IMG/VR virus record: IMGVR_UViG_2541047494_000006 | Direction: 5' to 3' (one strand) | Source: an uncultured virus (IMG/VR IMGVR_UViG_2541047494_000006) | Taxonomy: Duplodnaviria > Heunggongvirae > Uroviricota > Caudoviricetes | DNA length: 64,000 nt | Shown here: piece after piece, positions 32,026-41,887 of the stretch | How the letters are laid out: each line of letters begins with the position of its first letter | Position numbering within the stretch: position 1 is the stretch's first letter | Translations under genes and position numbers: made by a program | Notes under the pieces: generated by a model | The model's database searches: none | What the model saw: the letters and a program-made list of their open reading frames with translations, nothing else | Told to the model about the DNA's origin: nothing

Positions 32026-32826
32026 CTATAATTTTATAATTTTTATCCCAAATTTATCTTTATTTTTTACATTACCATCATAACTAAACCTTTTGATAGT
32101 ATTATAAATATTATATTTATTTAATTTTTTATTAGAAACTTTTCTAGCTATTATATTTGGAATAAAATCTGCTATTTGCAATCCTGCTATATTTTCATCC
32201 TTGCTTGGAAATTCAATGTCTAACAATCTCTCCTGTATAGCATATGGATTTATAAAAAGTGTCCCCATTGTTTTAATCATATTAAATTTCATTTTCATTA
32301 TTTTAGAATTAGAATCTCCATTATGCTCATAAATTATACGACCTTTAGAATCATTATTTTTCAAAAAATGAACATAGTTTTCTATTAATATCTGTAAAGC
32401 CATTAATGTTCTATCGTTTTGAATTTCTTTATTGTACAACTTATCAAGTTCATCATGCTTTATACATACTGCTAATGTCGTTATTTTTTTATTCCTTATT
32501 ATTTTTTCTAAACCTCTATACAATATTTTCACGTTTTGATTTTTTCTAAAAATCCTATTGTGAGGTTTTACTAAATTTTGATTTTTTTTATCATAACCAT
32601 TATTAGCTTGTTTTATTTCTACTTCATGCAATATTAAAGCCTCATAATTTATATTATCTTTCCATATTTGATATTTTATTTTATTTAAATCTTTTGTTAG
32701 CTCATTACAATCATATTTATCTTCCACTATTATTCCAGCTATACAAAATACTTTATTTATCCAATTACCATCTTTTTCATCATGAGTTTCACTCTCATCT
32801 AAATATAGATTATATATTTTCCCCAC
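32026..32826 (-). CDS. DUF3800-family protein
   Basis: N-terminal LYLDES and C-terminal GLQIADFI motifs. Confidence 0.85.
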   Translation of the reverse strand: MGKIYNLYLDESETHDEKDGNWINKVFCIAGIIVEDKYDCNELTKDLNKIKYQIWKDNINYEALILHEVEIKQANNGYDKKNQNLVKPHNRIFRKNQNVKILYRGLEKIIRNKKITTLAVCIKHDELDKLYNKEIQNDRTLMALQILIENYVHFLKNNDSKGRIIYEHNGDSNSKIMKMKFNMIKTMGTLFINPYAIQERLLDIEFPSKDENIAGLQIADFIPNIIARKVSNKKLNKYNIYNTIKRFSYDGNVKNKDKFGIKIIKL

Positions 32827-34011
32827 TATAAAATCCCCTTATTTTAAATATGAATATACAAGCTATATTATAACATATTTTTACATTAATTTTAAGTGGA
32901 TAAGTAGGTAGATAAACTAATAAAAGATAAAAACAACCTAAAATAAGTATCTCAACAATCAGAGATGCTTATTTTTATTTATAATATATAAACATAATTA
33001 TCTTTGTCATACCTATGTCATCATTAAAACAACTAAACACCAAACAAAATGTTCCTCTCAGGAACACTTGTTGAAATTCCAATACTTTCAACCATAAAAA
33101 TCAACCTCTTATGTTCGATTCTAAGCAATTAAGGTATTATATATCTTTCAATATTTCCAAGTGTATTATACTTGTCACACACATGTCATCATTGAAATAA
33201 CTACAACATAAATGATTCAATTTAAAAAACAATCTAAATTGATTATCTTTAATATTTATTAATACATCTTGATATTTATATTACAATAGAATAAACCTTC
33301 TATTATCTTATAATAATAAAAGGTTTATTCTATCTCCACACCTTAAAGGTGTACTATGGTCACTCGCTTTATCTATATTAATATAATAATAAACGTCTTA
33401 TAAATTTTACAATTTAATCTATAAGACCTATTTTATAACTTCTATATTCGTCATCTACAAAATAAATTATATTGTTAAACAATAAAGAAGCTATAATCAT
33501 TTTTCTTTGCCTGATTAGCCATTTTTATTATGTCTCCAGTCCAAATATCATCATCATAATTATATATTAAATATTTTGGAATATTGACTTTATTATTTGT
33601 AAAACTATCTTTTTTTAATTCTTACTTTTCTATTATCTTACCACAAGATTCCCTAAAATGTATATTAGGATAATCTAATTTTCTTGTAACCTCTAATACT
33701 TCCTCGATGTATTCAAATTTAAATGTTAATTAAAACAATTATACCTCTCTCCTTATATCAATATGTTATATACAAGTATATTTCACAATATACTTGTATA
33801 TGTTTTTGCATCAATCAATGTATTAGAACATTGAGAAACAATTCTAAACCGCTTATCTAAGCAAATCAACTAAACTACCTATCTAGGTTAAATTGCTCAC
33901 TATATGTTAGAGCATCACCGCTTTTTAATTTTCCACTTATGATATACATCTACTAGTGGATAACATACAACCCTTAGAAAACTCTATAACTTAATAGACA
34001 CTCGATATTAT

Positions 34012-34452
34012 CTATTTTACTGGTACGCCTAATTCATTCATTTTAGACTTAAAACACTTAGGTACTCTCTCTTGTGCTTTAGAATTACTCTCTTCCATTA
34101 TATTTGTTTGAGGTCTATATCCGCCAACACCCCAGACTTTCCCCTTTTCTAATCTTTCCATTGGAAATGCTGAATTACGTGTAAATGCATCCACCCAATT
34201 TCCATTATTTTGTATCTCTGAAGTGACAGAATTAGAAGAGAGTTCTGTAACATCTATAGCATCTAATAATTGTCCTGTTCTACCTCCCCAAACATTAGGA
34301 TTCCATTCTCCAACTGGAGTATAACCAGAATAAACCTGTTTATTTACTTCTTCCTTCATAATTTCTTTCATTTCTTTTCCAACTTCTGGCATAGATGCAG
34401 CAATCTTATTTTTTGTATAAGCAACTAGCTCATCCAATGATTTAAATACCAT
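34012..34452 (-). CDS. HK97-gp10-like tail completion protein (putative)
   Basis: RTGQLLDAI motif; within the tail module. Confidence 0.5.
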   Translation of the reverse strand: MVFKSLDELVAYTKNKIAASMPEVGKEMKEIMKEEVNKQVYSGYTPVGEWNPNVWGGRTGQLLDAIDVTELSSNSVTSEIQNNGNWVDAFTRNSAFPMERLEKGKVWGVGGYRPQTNIMEESNSKAQERVPKCFKSKMNELGVPVK

Positions 34453-34911
34453 CTAATTCACCACCTTGTCTTTAATATTATTCATTTTTTCAATTTCTTC
34501 AGTTTCTTCAATTTCTTTTAAAACCCTGTCTTGTAATATCTCATTCTTCATCTGACCTAATTTAACATCAGTGTTCATTAATAAAGATGCAGTTAATTCA
34601 TTTCCTATTTGACATATGTGATACATCACAGTTTCTAATTCGCTAGATATATTGCTATCTACTAAATCTTCTATTTCAATATTTAACTCTATATTAGTCA
34701 ATTTATCAATCAACATTTTAAGAATATCTTCTTGAGACAATGCTAAATCAGGATTCTCCATACCAACCCATATTTTATTTAATATCTCTTCTTTAGTCTC
34801 CTTATCAGGATTTCTAACTTCTATATATTCCTCTTTACCATTCTCATCTATAATTGGTATTATAGCCCTAACTTCATCTTGTATTAATTTATCTACTTGT
34901 ATTTTATTCAT
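34453..34911 (-). CDS. Hypothetical tail-module protein (possible assembly chaperone)
   Basis: Acidic 152-aa ORF coupled to its neighbours. Confidence 0.4.
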   Translation of the reverse strand: MNKIQVDKLIQDEVRAIIPIIDENGKEEYIEVRNPDKETKEEILNKIWVGMENPDLALSQEDILKMLIDKLTNIELNIEIEDLVDSNISSELETVMYHICQIGNELTASLLMNTDVKLGQMKNEILQDRVLKEIEETEEIEKMNNIKDKVVN

Positions 34912-34924
34912 GTTTACCTCTCCC

Positions 34925-35758
34925 TTATTTTATTATTGGATATTTACACTTAATAGAAACTTTACAGTTTCCAGTAAACTTCAATATATTTACACCTCTT
35001 CTTAATCTAATCCACTTTCTATTAATAATATTAAACCTATTCTCTCCATTACTATTTAAAACAGTATAGTATAAATTATCTATTGTTATTTTTTCATTTA
35101 ATTCTAATCCACTTATAACTAAATTGTCTTCTTCATTATCGCTGATAGTAGAATTTCTAATAGTTATATCTCCTTCTTTTAGACATTCAATATCAATTAC
35201 TGGAGCATATTCTTCATCTACATTAGACACATTATTTAGTTTAATTTCCCTTGTATCCTTGACAGTTATAACTTTTTGAAAGCTTCTATAAGCATAATTT
35301 GTATATGGTTGAAACTCTATTTCTAATACGCCTTTTTTATCTTTTGTATATCTTTTTATTATTTTTCTCGCTTTGAAATAGTATATTTCTTCTATATTGT
35401 CATAACTGATAAAAGGTTTAAATTCTCTCTGCCAAAACCAATTGCATATGTTTTCTAGCGTATAATCATCCCATTCATAAGCCTCCCCATGTTCGCTACA
35501 TAAACAGAATTGTAATGTTATAGGTTCTATAGTAGTTTCATCTTCACTGTAACAAGGATTTTTATTAAAACTGCTATCAGATTTAATTGCTTCTTCATAA
35601 GGCAATCCATATTCATTCAGTATTTCATCATCACCTAATGTAACTAATTTGATGTTCATAGATTCACTTGAAACATTATCAAATAAAAACTTATCATCTA
35701 AAAATACCAATTTATCACCTTCTTTCATTTTTTTAAGTTCAAATCCGATTAAAACCAC
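34925..35758 (-). CDS. Distal tail protein (Dit)-like
   Basis: FxFDNVSSE, EFQPYTNYAY and WIRLRRGVNILKF motifs; true start probably TTG near 35713. Confidence 0.7.
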   Translation of the reverse strand: MVLIGFELKKMKEGDKLVFLDDKFLFDNVSSESMNIKLVTLGDDEILNEYGLPYEEAIKSDSSFNKNPCYSEDETTIEPITLQFCLCSEHGEAYEWDDYTLENICNWFWQREFKPFISYDNIEEIYYFKARKIIKRYTKDKKGVLEIEFQPYTNYAYRSFQKVITVKDTREIKLNNVSNVDEEYAPVIDIECLKEGDITIRNSTISDNEEDNLVISGLELNEKITIDNLYYTVLNSNGENRFNIINRKWIRLRRGVNILKFTGNCKVSIKCKYPIIK

Positions 35759-35808
35759 ATTTAAACGTAAAAAAATAATCCCTACTCAATTAAGAGTAGG
35801 GCATTTTA

Positions 35809-36627
35809 CTATTTCTTAGGTTTAGTATCTTTTTCATCTTCTAATTCAACACCTAGCATTGAAGCCATTCTAGCAGGATTAAGATTTTCATCTCCTATAA
35901 ATGTGAATGTAGCATACTCTTTATTTTCATCTGGTAAAACATCTAATGTCATATTAAATCCAGATGGATTCTCAGCAGTAAGATTTAACTCTATACTTCT
36001 TTGTGCTTTTGCATTTGGAACACTCATGTATAAAACCATATATTCACCATCCACAGTTTTAACCATTACCTCAGCTTCTACAACGTAATTTGGTGCAGTA
36101 GATTCTTCTTTTATTTTTACAACTTTTGCTTTTGGTATTTCTTCTAAATAGAATACTGCTACTTTATCTCCCGCATTAAAATCGGCTGTAGATATTGTTA
36201 TTTCTGTATTAGCTCCTGTAACTGATGAAGTGAATTGTAATTTTTTAATTATAGATATTCCATCACTTTCTATACTATATACAGATATGCTATTTGCAAC
36301 TGGCTTTATATTTTCTAAAGTAACTTTCTTAGTACTATCAGATGTTAATACTTTTCTTTTCCCAACCTTTGCAGTTTTTTCATCTATATCAGAAGATAAT
36401 AACATCGCTAATTGAGCCATTTGTATTACTTCTTGTTCCATTGTTAAACTTGCTGTTATTGCTCCATCAAAAGCTATTGTATTTGCACCTTTAGCTTTTG
36501 CATAAACTGATTCTGAATCCATCTTAAAATTAAAAGCATTTAAATCCTGTGAATAAAACAATACTTCTCCTGTTACTTTATTTTTTACTATTACATTACC
36601 TGCATCTTTCACTGCAAATCTTTTCAT
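35809..36627 (-). CDS. Major tail tube protein
   Basis: Size and position; IELNLTAENPSGFNMTLDVL C-terminal motif; flanked by terminators. Confidence 0.7.
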   Translation of the reverse strand: MKRFAVKDAGNVIVKNKVTGEVLFYSQDLNAFNFKMDSESVYAKAKGANTIAFDGAITASLTMEQEVIQMAQLAMLLSSDIDEKTAKVGKRKVLTSDSTKKVTLENIKPVANSISVYSIESDGISIIKKLQFTSSVTGANTEITISTADFNAGDKVAVFYLEEIPKAKVVKIKEESTAPNYVVEAEVMVKTVDGEYMVLYMSVPNAKAQRSIELNLTAENPSGFNMTLDVLPDENKEYATFTFIGDENLNPARMASMLGVELEDEKDTKPKK

Positions 36628-36671
36628 ATTATAAAATCATCCTCTCATTTTTTGCATAAAAAATAGCACTG

Positions 36672-37448
36672 CTATTTAACAGTGCTAAGTGGTATTTTTA
36701 TCTCTTTAGACCAATGCTTCATTTTATCCATATCTGTTTGATATTTAAATGACCATGCATAGCCTAAACTTTCATTATAGTTTTTAAATTGTATCTTAGT
36801 CTTATAAACATTAATTAATTGCCAATAAGTCATTTTTAAAATAACATCTATTGGTACATATCCATCTATGTTTTGAACTACATTTATATAATCACATAAG
36901 TGATATGCTTCTTTTTCTCTTTTCTTTCTTTCCTTCTCTTTAAAGTGTGCAATCAACTGTTTTTCTCTTTCAGAGCCAGTATTTTCAATCCACTTATCTT
37001 CATCATCTTTAAATAAATTCTTTTTATCAATACAAAACATCTCTAAAATCAAATCTGATACTAGTCCAAAATCCTCTCTACTTATAAAAGCATTTTTCTT
37101 TTTATCATCAAATTTAATTAAAATACCAATTTTAATATTATTCATATACTCAATATTTTTAATATCAGTTTTATATAATATAGATAAAGATTTTTTTATC
37201 TTATCACTAAGTAACTCAATTTCTTCAGAAGAATCCAAGATAGGTATAGCATCATATTTACATTTCAATTCAAATATTTTCTCGTTACATAGCTGAGAAT
37301 AGCTCTTTTCAAGTACTAAAAATGGATTAACTATCTCTAAATTAGCCATATCAAATTTAATAAGTTCTTCAATAGTAGGTTGATATACAGTTCCTAATGT
37401 TTCACCTAGTTTAATTGGTAATCCTGTGATATAATAATTTTCCAACAT
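36672..37448 (-). CDS. Hypothetical virion-assembly protein
   Basis: In the head-tail joining cluster; overlaps the upstream stop. Confidence 0.45.
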   Translation of the reverse strand: MLENYYITGLPIKLGETLGTVYQPTIEELIKFDMANLEIVNPFLVLEKSYSQLCNEKIFELKCKYDAIPILDSSEEIELLSDKIKKSLSILYKTDIKNIEYMNNIKIGILIKFDDKKKNAFISREDFGLVSDLILEMFCIDKKNLFKDDEDKWIENTGSEREKQLIAHFKEKERKKREKEAYHLCDYINVVQNIDGYVPIDVILKMTYWQLINVYKTKIQFKNYNESLGYAWSFKYQTDMDKMKHWSKEIKIPLSTVK

Positions 37449-37942
37449 TACATATCACCAAAACTTTCAGCTGATACAGTTATAACAAATCCGTTATAAT
37501 CAGTATTTAAATTATACATTTGATATACATTTTCTAACTTAATCTTACCTATACCAGCTATTTCCTCATTTTGAGTTACAATATCAACTATACAACATAC
37601 TAATGCAACATCTCTTAAGCCATTTGCTGTACTTTGGCATTCATCATGACAAACAACACCAATTTCTATCTTTGTTTTTTTAATTGTCCTACTTCCTTCA
37701 AAGCATGGCCTATATTCTGACATTATTATAAAAACTGAAATATCTGCTTCTTTTAATACTTTTTCTACTCTTCTATTTAGAAATACTTTTTTGTTTCTAA
37801 GTTCTTTAACAGGATTTTTTATATCAGGCATGGATAAAATATCTTTTTGGGATTCATCATTATAAATCATAAATTTAGCGAAGTCTTGATTTGACATTAG
37901 AGTTGCTCCTATATTACTTATCATCTTGTTAGGGAAAGCCAT
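37448..37942 (-). CDS. Putative tail terminator / head-tail joining protein
   Basis: Size and position before the tail tube gene. Confidence 0.45.
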   Translation of the reverse strand: MAFPNKMISNIGATLMSNQDFAKFMIYNDESQKDILSMPDIKNPVKELRNKKVFLNRRVEKVLKEADISVFIIMSEYRPCFEGSRTIKKTKIEIGVVCHDECQSTANGLRDVALVCCIVDIVTQNEEIAGIGKIKLENVYQMYNLNTDYNGFVITVSAESFGDM

Positions 37943-37956
37943 ATAAACCCATATAT

Positions 37957-38964
37957 CTACCCCCTTAGTGTTATTTTTTTAGTATCTATTGTTTTATTTG
38001 TATCTTTATCTTTAGCCAATAGCAAGGCTTCAAAGCCAGAATATTTAGCCAATGTATTAGCCTGTATGACACATTTTTTCTCATCTTGATTAATTATATT
38101 ACAATATCCGTATTGCTTGTCTAAGAGCCATTCAACTCCTTGAGAATGGTCTATTTTGTATTCATTTTCTTCGCCTAGATTAATAAATCCATCACCCATA
38201 ATTTTACTAAAAGGAATAATCACACTCTCATTTTCAGATAAATCATTCCAAGCAATATTATTTATTGTATCATCTTTTGAAATCAATGCATCTTGTAAAC
38301 AAATAGCTTTAATAAGACCATCTGCCCCTGTTTCTCTGCCATTATACTCAAAGTCATTAATACTAGTAACTCTAAATACAGTTTTACCAGTTAACATTAT
38401 TCTAGTGTCAATATCTATAGTTTTAGTGACAGGATTACTTCCAAAATAAAGCTGTCTTTTTGTATCTGAGATAGAAGTATATTTATTATCTGCCATACCA
38501 TCAGAATATAAGGTTAAATTTTCAACAGCTATAGGGATTTTATACATCTGACCTTTATATTTATAATTAAAGAATTGATTGCATCTTTTTATTATGAAAT
38601 GTTTATATGTATCCATTTCTTTATGTTCTTTAAATATAGTTAACCAATAACAATTATCATAGAAAAGATAACAACCCACATCTACATCTAAATCAGATTC
38701 AACTAATAGATTTTTTTCATCTAAAGCTCTTTTATCATTATTAGTTATATCATTAATTGCAACTATAGCTCTTTTAGTATCTTCTGTTATACAAATTTCA
38801 TCTATATCAGTTATTGGTACTTCAATACAGGTTGGTGTTTCTTTTAGATATTTCTTAAAACTTAATCTAAGTTGTAATATTCTTTTTTCTTTAGGAGTTG
38901 AACAACCAAGTCCAATTCTTTTTTTTGTATCACTTAAGTAACTCATGCTAGTTCCATCCTTCAA
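37957..38964 (-). CDS. Putative head closure protein
   Basis: Position downstream of capsid and adaptor genes. Confidence 0.45.
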   Translation of the reverse strand: MKDGTSMSYLSDTKKRIGLGCSTPKEKRILQLRLSFKKYLKETPTCIEVPITDIDEICITEDTKRAIVAINDITNNDKRALDEKNLLVESDLDVDVGCYLFYDNCYWLTIFKEHKEMDTYKHFIIKRCNQFFNYKYKGQMYKIPIAVENLTLYSDGMADNKYTSISDTKRQLYFGSNPVTKTIDIDTRIMLTGKTVFRVTSINDFEYNGRETGADGLIKAICLQDALISKDDTINNIAWNDLSENESVIIPFSKIMGDGFINLGEENEYKIDHSQGVEWLLDKQYGYCNIINQDEKKCVIQANTLAKYSGFEALLLAKDKDTNKTIDTKKITLRG

Positions 38965-39589
38965 AATTTTTTAGCATGTATCTTTGTTGATATTTATTAA
39001 ATCTAGTTCTCAATTGCTCTTCTCTTGCTTGAAGTTTAGCCAACATATTAGCACCTGATTTAGCATTATAATCAGAATCAGTTAGCATCTGTTTTAAATT
39101 TTCTTCTCTATTTATCTTAGGTTGTAACCAATGTATTTGCATACCATATGATAATATTTTAATTTCATCTAAATCTAAATCAGATACTATTTCTCCTAAA
39201 TATTTGTATTTGAAAATTATCTCTTCTGTAGTTTCTACAACAAAACTTATTATAAATTTTTCATCTTCAAAGCTTATTGTATAATCTTTATCTAATTCGT
39301 ATTCTTCTTTTGTATCTTTTCCCATCAAAGTTATCTCTGCATTTTTATTACTATAATTAGATGTATAACTTAATTGAGCAGCAGGAATAATTTCTCCACC
39401 TTTTTCATCAACATATTTTATAGTCAAATCTTTTTTACATTGATTAAAATCAACTATAGCATCTTCTAAATAACTGTACATCATTTTTTCTATTATTTCA
39501 TTTGATAGTAATAACATCTCTTCATCATTAATACCATCCAAAAACTTTTTATATATTTTTACAAGTGGTGTACCCAAATATTCCACCAC
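38948..39589 (-). CDS. Putative head-tail adaptor
   Basis: Position; helical C-terminus (DYNAKSGANMLAKL). Confidence 0.45.
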   Translation of the reverse strand: MVEYLGTPLVKIYKKFLDGINDEEMLLLSNEIIEKMMYSYLEDAIVDFNQCKKDLTIKYVDEKGGEIIPAAQLSYTSNYSNKNAEITLMGKDTKEEYELDKDYTISFEDEKFIISFVVETTEEIIFKYKYLGEIVSDLDLDEIKILSYGMQIHWLQPKINREENLKQMLTDSDYNAKSGANMLAKLQAREEQLRTRFNKYQQRYMLKNFEGWN

Positions 39590-39591
39590 CT

Positions 39592-40224
39592 TTAACTAAA
39601 CAAGTACAAATCTTCCATTCCAATTCTTTTAGCTAATAGTTTAGCCTTTAGCCCAGAATCAAACTTTTTCTTTTTATGTAAATCTATTGCCCTCTCAGCT
39701 AATCTTCTTGTTAACTCAACATTATTTTTATTTAATATTTTTTCAAAAGAATTTATATCAACTTTATCAGATAAGAAATATTCTAAATAGTCTTCATTAG
39801 GATTTCTTATATATTCATATAAACTATTCAATCCTAGAAAATCTATTATGTCCATTGGAGTACATTCAACATCTAAAGAATCTACATCCGAAATTATTAA
39901 TCTATGTTCTTCAAAAAAACCTGGACTTCTTCTTACTATTCTATAAAGAGTATCTAAATCTATAAATTCAGTTGAATCTTTTGAACCTACTTTAGATAAA
40001 GAAAAAATCTGTTGTTTTTCTCTTGGGTCAATATAATCAACATCCCATGTGGATATATTTTTTATTTCTATATCTATTTCCTGTTTTTTTTGTTTTAGTT
40101 TTCTTTGTAGTTCTAATCTATTTAATCTAGCTTCTTTTTTATTTAAAGTAGACTTTATATCTTTTTCTAAAGTATTAACTTTGACTTCTGTTTTAGAAAT
40201 ATTTTCTTTTTTAGCTCTTGCCAT
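39592..40224 (-). CDS. Hypothetical protein after the capsid gene
   Basis: 210-aa ORF with strong SD. Confidence 0.5.
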   Translation of the reverse strand: MARAKKENISKTEVKVNTLEKDIKSTLNKKEARLNRLELQRKLKQKKQEIDIEIKNISTWDVDYIDPREKQQIFSLSKVGSKDSTEFIDLDTLYRIVRRSPGFFEEHRLIISDVDSLDVECTPMDIIDFLGLNSLYEYIRNPNEDYLEYFLSDKVDINSFEKILNKNNVELTRRLAERAIDLHKKKKFDSGLKAKLLAKRIGMEDLYLFS

Positions 40225-40277
40225 AATAATCTCCCTCCCATAAAAAAAAGAAGGTGGATAACCACCTTCTAATTCAA

Positions 40278-41300
40278 TTATTGTATTTTATAAACTCCAA
40301 ATTTAGCAGCAGTTACAACTCCTAAATGTATTTTTTGAGCCATAAAATATTCTATTTGTTGGTCATCTCTTTCTTTTTCATCAGTATTTTCTATGACCAA
40401 TACATCTCCTTCAGTACCAAGTTTGATTATCTTCTCTCCATCAGGTATTACATAGATAGCCTTATTATCTAAAGCCCACTCTTTACCTTCTGCTGCATTT
40501 TCATCATAAGCATTTGGTAAACTAAGTACTTTATATCCACCTCTAAATGTTTGTATAAAACCATATTTTCTTTTTTCTTCTTTTTCTAAATCAGTTTGAA
40601 CACCTTCTAAATTACTTAATGCAAGTGGAGTACCATATATAATAGGCTTTTTACCAGTAGCCCCTTCTACCTTAGCTATCAATTCCAATAATACTTTGTC
40701 TGAATTACCTGTAGCTTGAAACTTAGCATTTATTGTTGAATATGCACCTTCAAATGTCTTCGCTATTCTTCTAGCAATATCATAATGATATGAATCTGAT
40801 ACCCTATTCACAAATACAACCCAATTTATTCTTCCTGTTATAAATCTCTCTGCTTCTTCATATATAGCAACAGATAATTTAAATGCTGTTGTAGGAACTT
40901 TTTTATTAAGTAATCTTTGTCTTCTTGTACTATTAACACCATCTGCTATATTTGCAACTTTAAATAAATTAGTATTTTCAACAGTAAATTCTTTTTTATC
41001 TCCTAAATCAAAGTTCTCAAAATCACAAAACGGACTAAATACTTCCTCATTTAATCTATTAATATCATCAGATATTAATTCTGATATTAAATTATAAAAT
41101 CCCCATTTATTTTCTTGGAATTTATAATAATTATATTTTTCTCCTCCCATCATTTCTTTTAATTTATTCTTTATTGCACTTTCAGCATCTCTATATGTTA
41201 TTGTGTTTCCATCTCTATCTGTATATTCTCTAAATGTATCTGTATATAGCTCATGAGCTATTCTCTTTAAAGTTTTTGCTGTTGCCATTAATTTACACAC
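40278..41300 (-). CDS. Major capsid protein
   Basis: ~340 aa after protease and decoration genes; flanked by terminators; true start probably MATAK at 41288. Confidence 0.75.
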   Translation of the reverse strand: MCKLMATAKTLKRIAHELYTDTFREYTDRDGNTITYRDAESAIKNKLKEMMGGEKYNYYKFQENKWGFYNLISELISDDINRLNEEVFSPFCDFENFDLGDKKEFTVENTNLFKVANIADGVNSTRRQRLLNKKVPTTAFKLSVAIYEEAERFITGRINWVVFVNRVSDSYHYDIARRIAKTFEGAYSTINAKFQATGNSDKVLLELIAKVEGATGKKPIIYGTPLALSNLEGVQTDLEKEEKRKYGFIQTFRGGYKVLSLPNAYDENAAEGKEWALDNKAIYVIPDGEKIIKLGTEGDVLVIENTDEKERDDQQIEYFMAQKIHLGVVTAAKFGVYKIQ

Positions 41301-41375
41301 TTCCTTTTCTATTTTTTTGCATAAAAAAATAACAGTTATAGACTGTTATCTCCTGTTTGTTAATTTTATTTGATT

Positions 41376-41873
41376 TTATAAAACTTTTATTGTAACCGAA
41401 TCTTGACCTTCATAGTTCCATAATTCTAATACTTCTGCTACTGGAGTTTTAGCATCTGCTGTAGGCAATTTTTCAAACTGAAACGAATCAGATTTTAATT
41501 GTAACTTGTCTTTTACTGCAATACTTTTATCTGCTATATGTAATAGAGATATAGTTACCTCATCTCCTTTTTTTAGTCGTCTACATCTACATATCTGACC
41601 AGGAGAAACTTCGTAATCTCTTTCATCTAATCTTTCATCATACATAGTTGCTGGGTCATCAACTATACCCCAATCTAATGTGTCATTTGTAACTTTATAT
41701 ATTTTATGGGTATCCCTACCATACTCCGTGTCTTCAAGTTCTCCAATATTTATTACAGCACCATTTTCTAAATTTATTGGATTGGTATCCTCTGATGGAA
41801 CAACATATTTACCTGTTAAAACATCAGGATTTTTTACTTTATCTGTTTGTATTATTGCTTTATCTTTCTTCAT
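41376..41873 (-). CDS. Capsid decoration / minor head protein
   Basis: Between protease-scaffold and capsid genes; LENGAVI and LKKGDEV motifs. Confidence 0.55.
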   Translation of the reverse strand: MKKDKAIIQTDKVKNPDVLTGKYVVPSEDTNPINLENGAVINIGELEDTEYGRDTHKIYKVTNDTLDWGIVDDPATMYDERLDERDYEVSPGQICRCRRLKKGDEVTISLLHIADKSIAVKDKLQLKSDSFQFEKLPTADAKTPVAEVLELWNYEGQDSVTIKVL

Positions 41874-41887
41874 GTAAATTCCTCCTA

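Noticed and set aside
33400..33760. Intact gene upstream of DUF3800
   Set aside because: Only short broken frames; at most a degenerate remnant I cannot identify
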